NCBI GenBank assembly: GCA_963769935.1 | Contig: CAVYNY010000010.1 | Span: forward strand, 320,001 to 384,000 | DNA from: an uncultured delta proteobacterium | Lineage (GTDB): Bacteria > Desulfobacterota > Desulfobacteria > Desulfobacterales > JAFDCJ01 | Length of the DNA stretch: 64,000 bases | Direction of reading: 5' to 3' | Shown here: in pieces, positions 38,687-48,304 of the stretch | Layout: every line of letters begins with the position of its first letter | Position numbering within the stretch: position 1 is the first letter of the stretch | Notes under the pieces: generated by a model | What the model saw: only the letters and a program-made list of their open reading frames with translations | Told to the model about the DNA's origin: nothing | The model's database searches: none | Translations under genes and position numbers: made by a program

Positions 38687-39788
38687 GTTTTACCACCTTG
38701 TCTGTTTTTGGATCAATGAAATGCATCCGGTTCATGTCCATCATGAGCTGGATGGTTTCGCCGACATAACTGACGGCATGGGGGTTTACCCGAGAACAGA
38801 TCTGTTTTCCGGCGAACTCGTAATGAATCATGGTATCCATTCCCAGAGGCTCTATCACGTCGACTCTCACCGCAAGGTCGGCCATGCCGGAGGCTTCGCT
38901 GTGAGGGCGATATTCGACGCAGTGTTCGGGGCGAATTCCCAAGATCATTTCCCGTCCGACATAGGGGCGATAGGATTGCGTTCTTGCGGCCGGAACGGGC
39001 AGGGTCAGCCCGTCGCCGACCTGCACCGTCAGGCGATGGTTCGCATCGATCAGGCGGCAGGCAATAAAATTCATGGAAGGTGAACCGATAAAACCGGCGA
39101 CAAACCTGCTTTGCGGCCGCTCGTACATGTCCTGCGGTGAGCCGATTTGTTCGATTTTGCCGGCATTCATCACCACGATGCGTTTGGCCAGGGTCATGGC
39201 TTCCACCTGATCATGCGTCACATAGATGATCGTCGTACCGACTTTCTGATGGATCCTTTTGATCTCGGTTCGCATTTGAACACGCAGTTTGGCGTCCAGA
39301 TTACTGAGCGGTTCGTCAAACAAAAAAACCTTGGGGTCACGCACAATTGCCCGGCCGATGGCAACCCGCTGCCGCTGCCCGCCGGACAAATGTTTGGGAC
39401 GCCGGTCGAACAGCTCGCGAACACCCAAAATGTCGGCGGCCGCTTCGACCCGGCGCCGAATCTCGTCCTTCGGATATCTCCGGACGCGCAGCCCAAAGGC
39501 CATATTTTCGTAAACAGTGGCATAGGGATAAAGGGCGTAATTCTGAAAGACCATGGCAATGTCGCGATCCTTCGGCGCCATATCGTTGACCCGCCGGCTG
39601 CCGATATAGATCTCTCCGCTGTCAGCGTCTTCCAGCCCGGCGATCATTCGCAGGGTTGTACTTTTGCCGCAGCCGGATGGCCCCACCAGGACCAAAAACT
39701 CCTGATGCACGACATCCAGATCAATATCGCTGACGGCCACTGACTTGCCGAAGTTTTTGCGGACTTTTTTAAGCACGACATCGGCCAT
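38661..39788 (-). CDS. Sugar ABC transporter ATP-binding protein (MalK/UgpC-like)
   Basis: [29 protein letters not shown]-like tail. Confidence 0.93.
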   Translation of the reverse strand: MADVVLKKVRKNFGKSVAVSDIDLDVVHQEFLVLVGPSGCGKSTTLRMIAGLEDADSGEIYIGSRRVNDMAPKDRDIAMVFQNYALYPYATVYENMAFGLRVRRYPKDEIRRRVEAAADILGVRELFDRRPKHLSGGQRQRVAIGRAIVRDPKVFLFDEPLSNLDAKLRVQMRTEIKRIHQKVGTTIIYVTHDQVEAMTLAKRIVVMNAGKIEQIGSPQDMYERPQSRFVAGFIGSPSMNFIACRLIDANHRLTVQVGDGLTLPVPAARTQSYRPYVGREMILGIRPEHCVEYRPHSEASGMADLAVRVDVIEPLGMDTMIHYEFAGKQICSRVNPHAVSYVGETIQLMMDMNRMHFIDPKTDKVVKHDNKIPSG

Positions 39789-39950
39789 TGCACGCACCGG
39801 TCCCTTCTGAGTTCATTCAGAGAGTTCACGAAGTAGAAGTAGAATTGCAACGCCTGTAGGTTTGTGACCAGGGATACTACTTAAAGCACATGGGTGTGTC
39901 AAGTTTCAAATCCGGCTGCAGCATTAATACGGATCGGGCTTTGATTATGA

Positions 39951-40817
39951 TCACGGATGCAAATTAACCCGGGCCGCCTCCCACCCCAATATGGCCTTCT
40001 TGCGCGCCGGTCCGCCGCCGTAGTTGCCGAACTCGGCTGTTTTGCGAATCACCCGGTGACAGGGAATGATATACGATATCGGATTATGGCCGACGGCCGT
40101 TCCAACCGCCCGGGTGGCTTTGGGAAGCCCGACTTGTATCGCGACATCTTCATAGGTGACTACAGTGCCGAATGGGATTCTGGTCAGCGCCTCCCAGACC
40201 TTAATCTGAAAGTTGGTGCCTTTAAGAATCAGATGCAGCGGTTCTTTTTTTTTCGCCGCGGCGGGATTGAATATCTGTGAGATAAGGGGAGCGGTCACCG
40301 CCGGATTTTCGCTCAGCGTGGCATTTTGCCAGTGCTGCTTGAATTCAGCTAAAACGTCTCTTGCATCTCCATTCTTGATGAAGTAAAAACCGCAAACGCC
40401 GCGCTCTGTATTGGCCAGCAGACACTCGCCAAAAGGACTGGGATGGAATCCGTAGGCGATATTAACGCCAGCGCCTTTGTTTTTGTACTCTCCGGGCGTC
40501 ACTGCTTCGCAGGTAACGAACAGATCATGCAATCGGCTGGGGCTTGTCAGACCGGCCCCATAGGTTACATCCAGAAGATTGGTGGAGTTCTCCAATAACT
40601 TTTTGGCATATTCCTTGGTTAAAAATTGCAGAAATCGCTTCGGGCTGATGCCGACCCACCGGCTGAAAATACGTTGAAAATGGTACTCGCTCAGACCGAT
40701 ATGAGCGGCGACCTCTTTTAGACCCGGTTGTGAGGGAAAGTTCGCTTCAAGAAATTTGATGGCCTTTTCAATGCGCGTGTAATCCTCGTTTGCCTGCAAC
40801 AAAGCGTCCGATTTCAT
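39951..40817 (-). CDS. AraC-HTH plus methylated-DNA--protein-cysteine methyltransferase (Ada/Ogt-like)
   Basis: SEYHFQRIF..GISPK HTH, GTNFQ..VW, IPCHRV active site; no N-terminal Ada zinc site. Confidence 0.9.
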   Translation of the reverse strand: MKSDALLQANEDYTRIEKAIKFLEANFPSQPGLKEVAAHIGLSEYHFQRIFSRWVGISPKRFLQFLTKEYAKKLLENSTNLLDVTYGAGLTSPSRLHDLFVTCEAVTPGEYKNKGAGVNIAYGFHPSPFGECLLANTERGVCGFYFIKNGDARDVLAEFKQHWQNATLSENPAVTAPLISQIFNPAAAKKKEPLHLILKGTNFQIKVWEALTRIPFGTVVTYEDVAIQVGLPKATRAVGTAVGHNPISYIIPCHRVIRKTAEFGNYGGGPARKKAILGWEAARVNLHP

Positions 40818-40919
40818 CGCATTTTACCTTTCTTTGAGTTTATTTTGAATATAGGCTATTTTATTTACCGGCGCCACCCGATTCTTGCTGTTTTTAGTGC
40901 TAAATATTATGGTAACTTC

Positions 40920-42347
40920 ATGCTGTCCAAAAAAAATAAACCGAGCGGCAGTTCCCGCATCGATCTCACCGAAGGTCCGATACTAAAAACCCTGATTAAA
41001 CTTGCCGTCCCGGTTACCATCGGCATGGTGATGTTTACCGTTTATCTGATTGTGGATCTGTTCTTTGTGGGACGCCTGGGACCGGAGGCCGTGGCGGCGC
41101 TTTCAATCTCAAGCAATGCCTTTTTCATCCATCTGGGATTCTCCACGGTTCTGGGCACGGGCGGTATGGTGTTAATTGCCCAGGCTTTCGGAAGAAGGGA
41201 TTATGATCAGGCGGCGAACGTTTTCAGGCAAAGCATCCTTTTGGCCCTGATTATCGGCGTTATGGAGGCTGCCGCCGGACTGCTGATTGCACCGGCCTAT
41301 ATTAAATTTTTTGGCGGCACCGGCAAATCGCTGCTGTGGGGCATCCAATACTTTCAAATTTTTGCCATTTCATTTTTTTTCATGATTATCCTGTATACGG
41401 TCGGCAACTGTTTCCGGGGCATGGGGAACACCAAAACGCCCATGATCATCATGTTGCAGGCCAATGTGCTGAACATTTTGCTGGATCCCCTTCTCATTTT
41501 CGGCCGGCTGGGCCTGCCGGCCATGGGCGTGCGCGGAGCCGCCCTGGCTTCTTTGATTTCTCAAATATATGCCCTGGGAGTCTACACTTATCTTATTTTT
41601 ATCAAAGGCTCTCACATTGATATAAAGGGAAAATGGCAGCTGAGAGCCGGCATCATTCGAAAGAGCCTCTCTATTGGAATACCGTCGGGTATGAATCATT
41701 TTATGCTGGCGGCCAATTTGCTCATCACCTATCGGGTCATCGGCAAATACGGCACGGCGGCAATCGCTTCGATCGGAATAGGGTTTCGCATACTGCAGGC
41801 CATTTACATACCGGTCATCGCGCTGGCATCGGCCATGGCCGCGATTGTCGGCCAGAATTACGGTGCCGGCAACTCTGAGCGAATCACCGACGCCTTCAAA
41901 CGGGCCTGGATAATTTCCATGGCGTTTATGATTTTATGTACATTTATTTGTCGACTGTTTCCCGAAGCCATAATCGGCACATTCAGCAGCGATTCCGAAG
42001 TTATCCGCTTCGGTATAATTTATTTAATGATATTTTCGCTGGGAAATGTCATGGTGGGTACAATCATGGTTGCCGGAGCGGCCTTTCAGGGTTTAGGCAA
42101 AACGTATCCCAGCCTGGCGGGCGCTGTGCTGGACAACGCCCTGTTCGCCGGCCTGGTGTTTACCTTGCCTGCCTATTTCAACTGGGGAATTCAATCGATC
42201 TGGTGGATTAAAGTTACAACCGCTGCCATTGAGTCGCTGGTGGTGGCGGTATGGCTGAAGGGACAGTTGCAGCGGATTCGTCCGCGCATGTCACTGAAAA
42301 AGAACGGCGCAGGGCTTAAGGCGCAAGGCGCAGGGCAAAAAATATAA
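40920..42347 (+). CDS. MATE family efflux transporter
   Basis: LIKLAVP, VDLFFVGRLG, RGMGNTKTP, NILLDPLLIFG, GQNYGA. Confidence 0.92.
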   Translation: MLSKKNKPSGSSRIDLTEGPILKTLIKLAVPVTIGMVMFTVYLIVDLFFVGRLGPEAVAALSISSNAFFIHLGFSTVLGTGGMVLIAQAFGRRDYDQAANVFRQSILLALIIGVMEAAAGLLIAPAYIKFFGGTGKSLLWGIQYFQIFAISFFFMIILYTVGNCFRGMGNTKTPMIIMLQANVLNILLDPLLIFGRLGLPAMGVRGAALASLISQIYALGVYTYLIFIKGSHIDIKGKWQLRAGIIRKSLSIGIPSGMNHFMLAANLLITYRVIGKYGTAAIASIGIGFRILQAIYIPVIALASAMAAIVGQNYGAGNSERITDAFKRAWIISMAFMILCTFICRLFPEAIIGTFSSDSEVIRFGIIYLMIFSLGNVMVGTIMVAGAAFQGLGKTYPSLAGAVLDNALFAGLVFTLPAYFNWGIQSIWWIKVTTAAIESLVVAVWLKGQLQRIRPRMSLKKNGAGLKAQGAGQKI

Positions 42348-42511
42348 TAGTCCTTTCTTTCCTCAAACCTCAAGCGCAGCACTCCTTGAGTGAAACGCTC
42401 CTCAAGCGCAGCGCTCATCGACCGGTAAGCGTGGAAAGATAGACCTACGAGAAGCGCAAAAATTTATTATTATTTAAAAAATGGCTGAAATACTGGCCGG
42501 GAGATCTTCTT

Positions 42512-43231
42512 ATGCATCTTAAAAAAGTAATCTTAAACCCTGAAAAATACCCGACCCGGCAACACTATCCATTTAATCTGGACCTGTTCCAAAAAGATCA
42601 GAGCATCACCTTCAACTCGCCGGTGACATTTTTTATCGGGGAGAACGGCTCCGGAAAATCAACCCTGCTGGAGGCCATTACCCGCAAATGCGGCATTTAC
42701 ATCTGGCAGGGTATGCTGCGGCCGCGCTTCAACGCCAGCCCCTACGAGAAAGATCTCTACAAAACCATCGGTATCGAATGGACCGACGGCCAAAAAGTAC
42801 CGGGGTCATTTTTCGGCTCTCAAATTTTCAGCAATTTTGCCAGAATTTTAGACGAATGGCTGACCATGGATCCCGGACTGCTCGAATATTTTGGCGGTAA
42901 ATCCTTAATGGCCCAATCCCACGGACAATCTTTGATGGCCTTTTTCAAATCGAGATTTAAATTAAAAGGCCTGTATTTGCTGGATGAACCGGAAACCGCG
43001 CTTTCACCGAGGAGCCAGCTGACGCTGCTGAACCTGCTGAAGGAGGGCTGCCGGTCAGGCAATGCCCAATTTATCATTGCGACCCACTCGCCGATCCTGC
43101 TGGCATGCCCGGAAGCCCACATCCTGACGTTTGATGAAATCCCCGTAAGACAAATAGCCTACGAAAACACCGATCACTATCGAATTTATAAGGACTTTAT
43201 GGCCGACCCCAAGAGCTTCGTCGTGTCGTGA
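42512..43231 (+). CDS. Predicted ABC/AAA ATPase (COG3910-like)
   Basis: GENGSGKSTLLE, QSHGQS, LLDEPETALSP, IATHSP. Confidence 0.85.
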   Translation: MHLKKVILNPEKYPTRQHYPFNLDLFQKDQSITFNSPVTFFIGENGSGKSTLLEAITRKCGIYIWQGMLRPRFNASPYEKDLYKTIGIEWTDGQKVPGSFFGSQIFSNFARILDEWLTMDPGLLEYFGGKSLMAQSHGQSLMAFFKSRFKLKGLYLLDEPETALSPRSQLTLLNLLKEGCRSGNAQFIIATHSPILLACPEAHILTFDEIPVRQIAYENTDHYRIYKDFMADPKSFVVS

Positions 43232-43323
43232 GCTGGTTGTTGTCGGTATAAACGACAGGCACGGTGATTGAACTCCTCCAGGTTCGATTTGGAATTTATC
43301 CTGCGGATTATCGGGAGCAACGG

Positions 43324-45054
43324 ATGCAAGTTCTAAAAAGACTGTTTCTGCTTTTGACGCCTTATTTGAAAACCATCATCATCAGCGCGCTTTTGCTCAT
43401 TGGGCGTGCTGGCCTGGAACTGGTGCCGCCGCTTTTCCAGAGAGAAATTATCGATGAGATCATTACGGCCCGCAATCTGACTTATCTTGGAGTCGTAATC
43501 GCGGCTTTAATCGGCACCTACGCGCTGAATCAGCTGGTTCAAATCGGCGACAATTACGTCCGCCATGCGCTGGGCGAAAAATTTATCTTCGATCTGCGGG
43601 TTCGCCTGTATGCCTACCTTCAAAAGATGTCCCTGTCTTTTTTTGAACGCACATCGACCGGCGAGCTGATGTCCCGCGTCACCAATGACCTCAGCGCTCT
43701 GGAAAACTTTGTCACCCACGGCTCGGCTTTGACGGCGGTCGACTTTTTGCGCCTGGTGGGCGGCTCCCTGATTCTCTTTGTGCTGGATTGGCGGCTGGCC
43801 GCCCTGGTTATGATCCCGGTGCCGATTCTGGCACTGGCATTTCGCCATTATAACACCAAAATACGGCCGGTTTATCGACGGGTGCGCGCGCGCCTGGGAG
43901 ACATCAATGCCAAACTGCAGGACAACCTGTCGGGTATTCGGGTCATTCAGGCCTTTGCCCGTGAAGACGTAGAGTATGAGCGCTTTTCCAAAGAAAGTGA
44001 ACGCTACTATCGGGCGCGGGTAAAAGGCATCCGGTATTGGTCCATATTTTTCCCCGCCATCCGGTTTTTTGCTGCAATGGGAACCGTCGTTGTACTGGGG
44101 GCTGGATCGGTGATGGTGGTAAAGGGTCAACTCACGCTGGGTACGCTGGTGGCTTTTATTGCGTATATCACTTCAATTTATGATCCCATCAATCGTCTGA
44201 CGGAAGTGGACAATATTTTTCAGGAAGCCATCGCCGCCGGTGAACGCATCTTCGAGCTGCTGGATGAAACCATGGAGGTCAAGGACGCATCGGATGCGAT
44301 CGAATTGCCCGTTATCCAGGGTGAGCTGATTTTCGACCAGGTACATTTTCGATACGGCAGCGGCAACCAGGTCCTGCATGCGATCAGCTTTAAAATGGCG
44401 CCGGGAGAAGTGGTGGCACTTGTGGGACCCAGCGGGGCCGGCAAAACCAGTATTGCCAATTTAATCTGCCGATTTTATGATCCCGTCAAAGGTCGTGTCA
44501 CTATCGACGGTTACGATCTTCGCAATATTAAGTTGAGTTCATTACGACGCCAGGTGGCGGTGGTGCTGCAGGACTCGTTCCTGTTTAACAATACCGTGGC
44601 CGAAAACCTGTATTACGGCAAACCGGATGCCACCGCAGATGAGTTGATGGCAGCCGCCCGGGCCGCCAATGCCCATGACTTCATCATGCAACTGCCGGAG
44701 GGGTATGAAACCGAAATCGGGGAGCGGGGCGTCAAATTAAGCGGCGGGCAAAAACAGCGCCTGGCCCTGGCCCGGGCGATTCTGGCCGATCCGCGCATCC
44801 TGATTTTAGACGAGGCCACCTCCTCCGTGGATGCCGAAGCCGAGTTCCTGATACAGCAGGCCCTGGAAAGAGTGCTCAAGGACCGTACCGCTCTGGTCAT
44901 CGCGCACCGCCTGAGCACGATTCGCAATGCGGATAAAATCATTGTCCTCGATCGCGGCCGGATCGCCGAAATCGGCAGTCACGAGGCATTGATGCAGCGC
45001 GGCGGACTCTACAGCCAGCTGTATCACCGGCAGATGGAGATGGCGACGGTTTAA
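43324..45054 (+). CDS. ABC exporter, fused permease and ATPase (MdlB-like)
   Basis: TM domain, GELMSRVTND, GPSGAGKT, LSGGQKQR, LDEATSS, IAHRL. Confidence 0.92.
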   Translation: MQVLKRLFLLLTPYLKTIIISALLLIGRAGLELVPPLFQREIIDEIITARNLTYLGVVIAALIGTYALNQLVQIGDNYVRHALGEKFIFDLRVRLYAYLQKMSLSFFERTSTGELMSRVTNDLSALENFVTHGSALTAVDFLRLVGGSLILFVLDWRLAALVMIPVPILALAFRHYNTKIRPVYRRVRARLGDINAKLQDNLSGIRVIQAFAREDVEYERFSKESERYYRARVKGIRYWSIFFPAIRFFAAMGTVVVLGAGSVMVVKGQLTLGTLVAFIAYITSIYDPINRLTEVDNIFQEAIAAGERIFELLDETMEVKDASDAIELPVIQGELIFDQVHFRYGSGNQVLHAISFKMAPGEVVALVGPSGAGKTSIANLICRFYDPVKGRVTIDGYDLRNIKLSSLRRQVAVVLQDSFLFNNTVAENLYYGKPDATADELMAAARAANAHDFIMQLPEGYETEIGERGVKLSGGQKQRLALARAILADPRILILDEATSSVDAEAEFLIQQALERVLKDRTALVIAHRLSTIRNADKIIVLDRGRIAEIGSHEALMQRGGLYSQLYHRQMEMATV

Positions 45055-45079
45055 TTAATCCCGTCAACTATTCGACCAA

Positions 45080-45877
45080 TCAACTCTGCATCGCCACCGG
45101 ATTTTTAAAACTGCAGGGTACGAGCGCCGCACACTTGCCGCAAACATGGGTGCTTTCCGGCAGATCGTAAAAGTAATCCAGCGTTTTCCGATTCTCCATC
45201 AGGCGATTCCAGCAGCTTCGCCGGTCAAAACCGTTTTCACTGAGGGCGTCCACCGGACAGGCCTGTATGCACTTACCGCATTTCTTGCCGGCTTTGAGCA
45301 GACAGGCTTCATCGGTTTGGATCAGCGGATGATCTCCCAGCTCAATTTCACTCACGAAACTTCCCAGCCTACCCGTGCAACCAACGGGGGTAATCAACAG
45401 ATGATTCACCCCAAACCGGCCCAGGTTCACCAGATGAGCTAAATGTTTATGGGACCAGCGCGCCATCAGCTTAACCTCATCAAAGTTGTGGGTGGCCGGA
45501 GTCAGCCCGGATTTGTAGCCTCGCTCTGCCAGAAAATCACTCAGGGCCTGGCTCAGTCGCCCGATCAGATCATTGGTCTGAACATAAGCGACGCCCCATT
45601 CGCGGCAGGGGCGGCCGCCTTTTTTGTTGGCTTTGACCAGCTCTTTTTTAAACGGCAGATAAAATACAATGACCGAGTTCGCCGTCGGCAGAAGATCCCG
45701 CGGCAGCAGATGATCACCCGCCGCAATCCGAGGCAATTGATCAAATCTTGCATCAACCGGCGCCGCCGCTAACAACGGCGTCTGCCACCAACCGTCCGTA
45801 CCCAAACGCTCGGATTCTTCCTGGACATATTTTTCGGCAAATTTTCTAAGATCGCCAACGGTAATCGTACTTTGCAT
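45080..45877 (-). CDS. Epoxyqueuosine reductase-like Fe-S protein
   Basis: WSHKHLA..LGRFG, CGKCIQACP, C..CGKC...PC. Confidence 0.72.
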   Translation of the reverse strand: MQSTITVGDLRKFAEKYVQEESERLGTDGWWQTPLLAAAPVDARFDQLPRIAAGDHLLPRDLLPTANSVIVFYLPFKKELVKANKKGGRPCREWGVAYVQTNDLIGRLSQALSDFLAERGYKSGLTPATHNFDEVKLMARWSHKHLAHLVNLGRFGVNHLLITPVGCTGRLGSFVSEIELGDHPLIQTDEACLLKAGKKCGKCIQACPVDALSENGFDRRSCWNRLMENRKTLDYFYDLPESTHVCGKCAALVPCSFKNPVAMQS

Positions 45878-46353
45878 AATTGAGTATTTCTCCCTTGTAG
45901 AATGATACTGACCAAGATGCTTATCTCATGAATGATTATATTTTTCAATTGTTGGAAATAAGAACCCCATATTCCATTATTTCACTTTTCCAGCATGGCG
46001 GTTTTATTTTGGTGCGAAAATCAAAGAAGATTCCATTTGTTGACTTTGGTCGATACGCTTCTTAAATTAAACTATTAATTGCAGCGATTTATCAAAGCAT
46101 ACCTGGCTGTGATCGAAGCTATCGAGGGCGGGCACGGTTTACAAATCAATCGCAATGCTCGCACATTCTGACTTTTATATGATTAGCCAAATTGCATTTA
46201 GGCCGAAATTTGCAATTCATTTCCTAAATCTTGCAGCGCCTCAGATCTGAAAAATTATTTCACGCGAATACCCACACCGGAAGCCAAGCCCCTATAAGGA
46301 TGATTTCCCATCTGCTCTTCTTGCTACATTTTTGAGGCCTAAAGGAAACTCCT

Positions 46354-48117
46354 ATGGAACCAATTATCACTGGAAGCGTTAAACGGAAACTTACTGCTAT
46401 CCTCAGTGCGGATGCTGTTGGCTACAGCCGTCTGATGAATGATGACGAAGAGGCGACACTCAAAACCCTGAATACCCACCGAGCTTTGATGACCAAACAT
46501 ATCGAGCAGCATAGAGGACGGGTTGTGGATACGACGGGTGACAATCTGTTGGCTGAGTTTACCAGTGCCGTGGATGCCGTGACCGGTGCCGTGGAGATTC
46601 AGCGGGAGCTTGCCGCGCATAATGCCGAATTGTCCGCCGAACGCAGAATGTTGTTTCGCATCGGAATTAATGTCGGCGATGTGATTGAGGAGAAGGATCG
46701 AATTTACGGTGATGGCGTCAACATTGCAGCTCGAGTAGAAGGGCTTGCAAAAGAAGGCGGCATCTGCATTTCGGGAAGGGTCTATGACCAAGTCGAAAAC
46801 AAATTGGATTTGGCGTATGAATTTTTGGGGGACCAAAAGGTCAAAAACATAACGAGACCGGTAAAAGTTTATCGGGTGCAGTTGGAAACCGAAACTGCCG
46901 TTTCGGATATGAGCGAAAGAATCGAGCTGCCCGACAAGCCCTCCGTCGCAGTTTTGCCCTTCAATAATATGAGCGGAGATCCGGAACAGAATTATTTCGC
47001 CGATGGCATCAGTGAAGACATCACCACCGAACTTTCGCGCTTTCATTCCATTTTTGTGATTTCGCGCAACTCAGCCTTCACCTATCGGGGTGAGGCGGTT
47101 GATGTACGACAGGCCGGACAAGAACTGGGAGTCGAGTATATTGTCGAGGGCAGCGTTCGCAAGGCCGGCAGGAAGATTCGCATAACGGCTCAACTCATTG
47201 CCGTCGCCACAGGCCATCATGTTTGGGCGGACCGTTACGACCGGGAAATGGAGGATCTATTTGCCGTCCAGGACGAAATAACGGAAACCATTGTCTCCAC
47301 CCTCGTGGGACGAATCGAAGCCGCCGACATTGACCGGGCCAAGCGCAAAACTACCGAAAATATGGTTGCGTATGACTATCTTCTGCGGGGTCTGGATTTT
47401 CACAAAAGCGGCCGAATTTCAATGGATGATTCGACTAAGGCGGTCGAGATGTTCACGAAGGCCGTTGAACTCGATCCCGGTTTTGCCCGCGCCCACGCCT
47501 GGCTGGCATGCGCCACTGCCAATCTTTGGCCGAAGAATCCCAGCCGGGAGCAATATGATGTGCTGTTGGATAACGCCATGACAGAAGTACAAAAAGCGCT
47601 TTCGCTCGATGAGAATGAATGTGAAGCCCATCGGATTATGGGTGCCATTTATCTGCAAAGAAGGCAATTCGACCGGGCGGAATATCACTACTCGAAGGCG
47701 GTTGCGCTCAACCCCAACTACGCCTATATTGCGGCCAAGGTTGCCGATTTCCTCAGCTACACCGGCCGGCCACAGGAGGCGGAGGCATCGGTGAAACGGG
47801 CGATGCGCCTCAATCCCCACCATCCGGACTGGTATTGGCAGGAGTTGGGCCTGGCGTATTATGTCGGTGGTCAATATGAGGAGGCCATACGCACTTTCAA
47901 CCGTATCACCAACCTGGTGGAATTTGATTATACTTATCTGGCGGCTTGCTGTGCCGAGCTGGGCGAAATCGAAAAAGCGAAATCTTATATAGAGGCCCTG
48001 CTCCGATTGATGCCCGGCGCATCCGTCAAATATTTTGAAGAAACACAGCCATTTAAAAACAATTCTGATCTGAAGCGCCTGCTCGATGCGCTGCGCAAGG
48101 CGGGACTGCCGGATTAA
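46354..48117 (+). CDS. Class III adenylate/guanylate cyclase with TolB-like and TPR domains
   Basis: ADAVGYS, TGD, FRIGINVGD, GDGVNIAAR, SVAVLPF, TPR repeats. Confidence 0.9.
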   Translation: MEPIITGSVKRKLTAILSADAVGYSRLMNDDEEATLKTLNTHRALMTKHIEQHRGRVVDTTGDNLLAEFTSAVDAVTGAVEIQRELAAHNAELSAERRMLFRIGINVGDVIEEKDRIYGDGVNIAARVEGLAKEGGICISGRVYDQVENKLDLAYEFLGDQKVKNITRPVKVYRVQLETETAVSDMSERIELPDKPSVAVLPFNNMSGDPEQNYFADGISEDITTELSRFHSIFVISRNSAFTYRGEAVDVRQAGQELGVEYIVEGSVRKAGRKIRITAQLIAVATGHHVWADRYDREMEDLFAVQDEITETIVSTLVGRIEAADIDRAKRKTTENMVAYDYLLRGLDFHKSGRISMDDSTKAVEMFTKAVELDPGFARAHAWLACATANLWPKNPSREQYDVLLDNAMTEVQKALSLDENECEAHRIMGAIYLQRRQFDRAEYHYSKAVALNPNYAYIAAKVADFLSYTGRPQEAEASVKRAMRLNPHHPDWYWQELGLAYYVGGQYEEAIRTFNRITNLVEFDYTYLAACCAELGEIEKAKSYIEALLRLMPGASVKYFEETQPFKNNSDLKRLLDALRKAGLPD

Positions 48118-48304
48118 GAGAGAATGATATTTGGCAGATTACGAATTGATCTTGCATCGCCTCTGTCTCACTTCTTAAGCATATCAAGTAAATGGTAGGT
48201 AGAGATAAAAAGTTTGCCTCGTAACCCGCTGCCAGCTCAGGTTTCAGTTGAAATGTCGCACCCGAATCTCATGGCTCGCCTCTTAGTCACTAAGGGATAG
48301 CCGT

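Noticed and set aside
42512..43231. ATPase as an OLD/Gabija-type defence component
   Set aside because: It is a short stand-alone ATPase with no TOPRIM or nuclease domain and no partner gene.
45080..45877. Reductive dehalogenase
   Set aside because: Too short, with no Tat signal and no rdhB anchor gene; it fits a QueG-like Fe-S protein better.
46339..47046. 235-aa antisense ORF, and similar long shadow ORFs (1596-2342, 15119-15907, 36703-37497)
   Set aside because: They fully overlap well-supported genes and show no motifs of their own.
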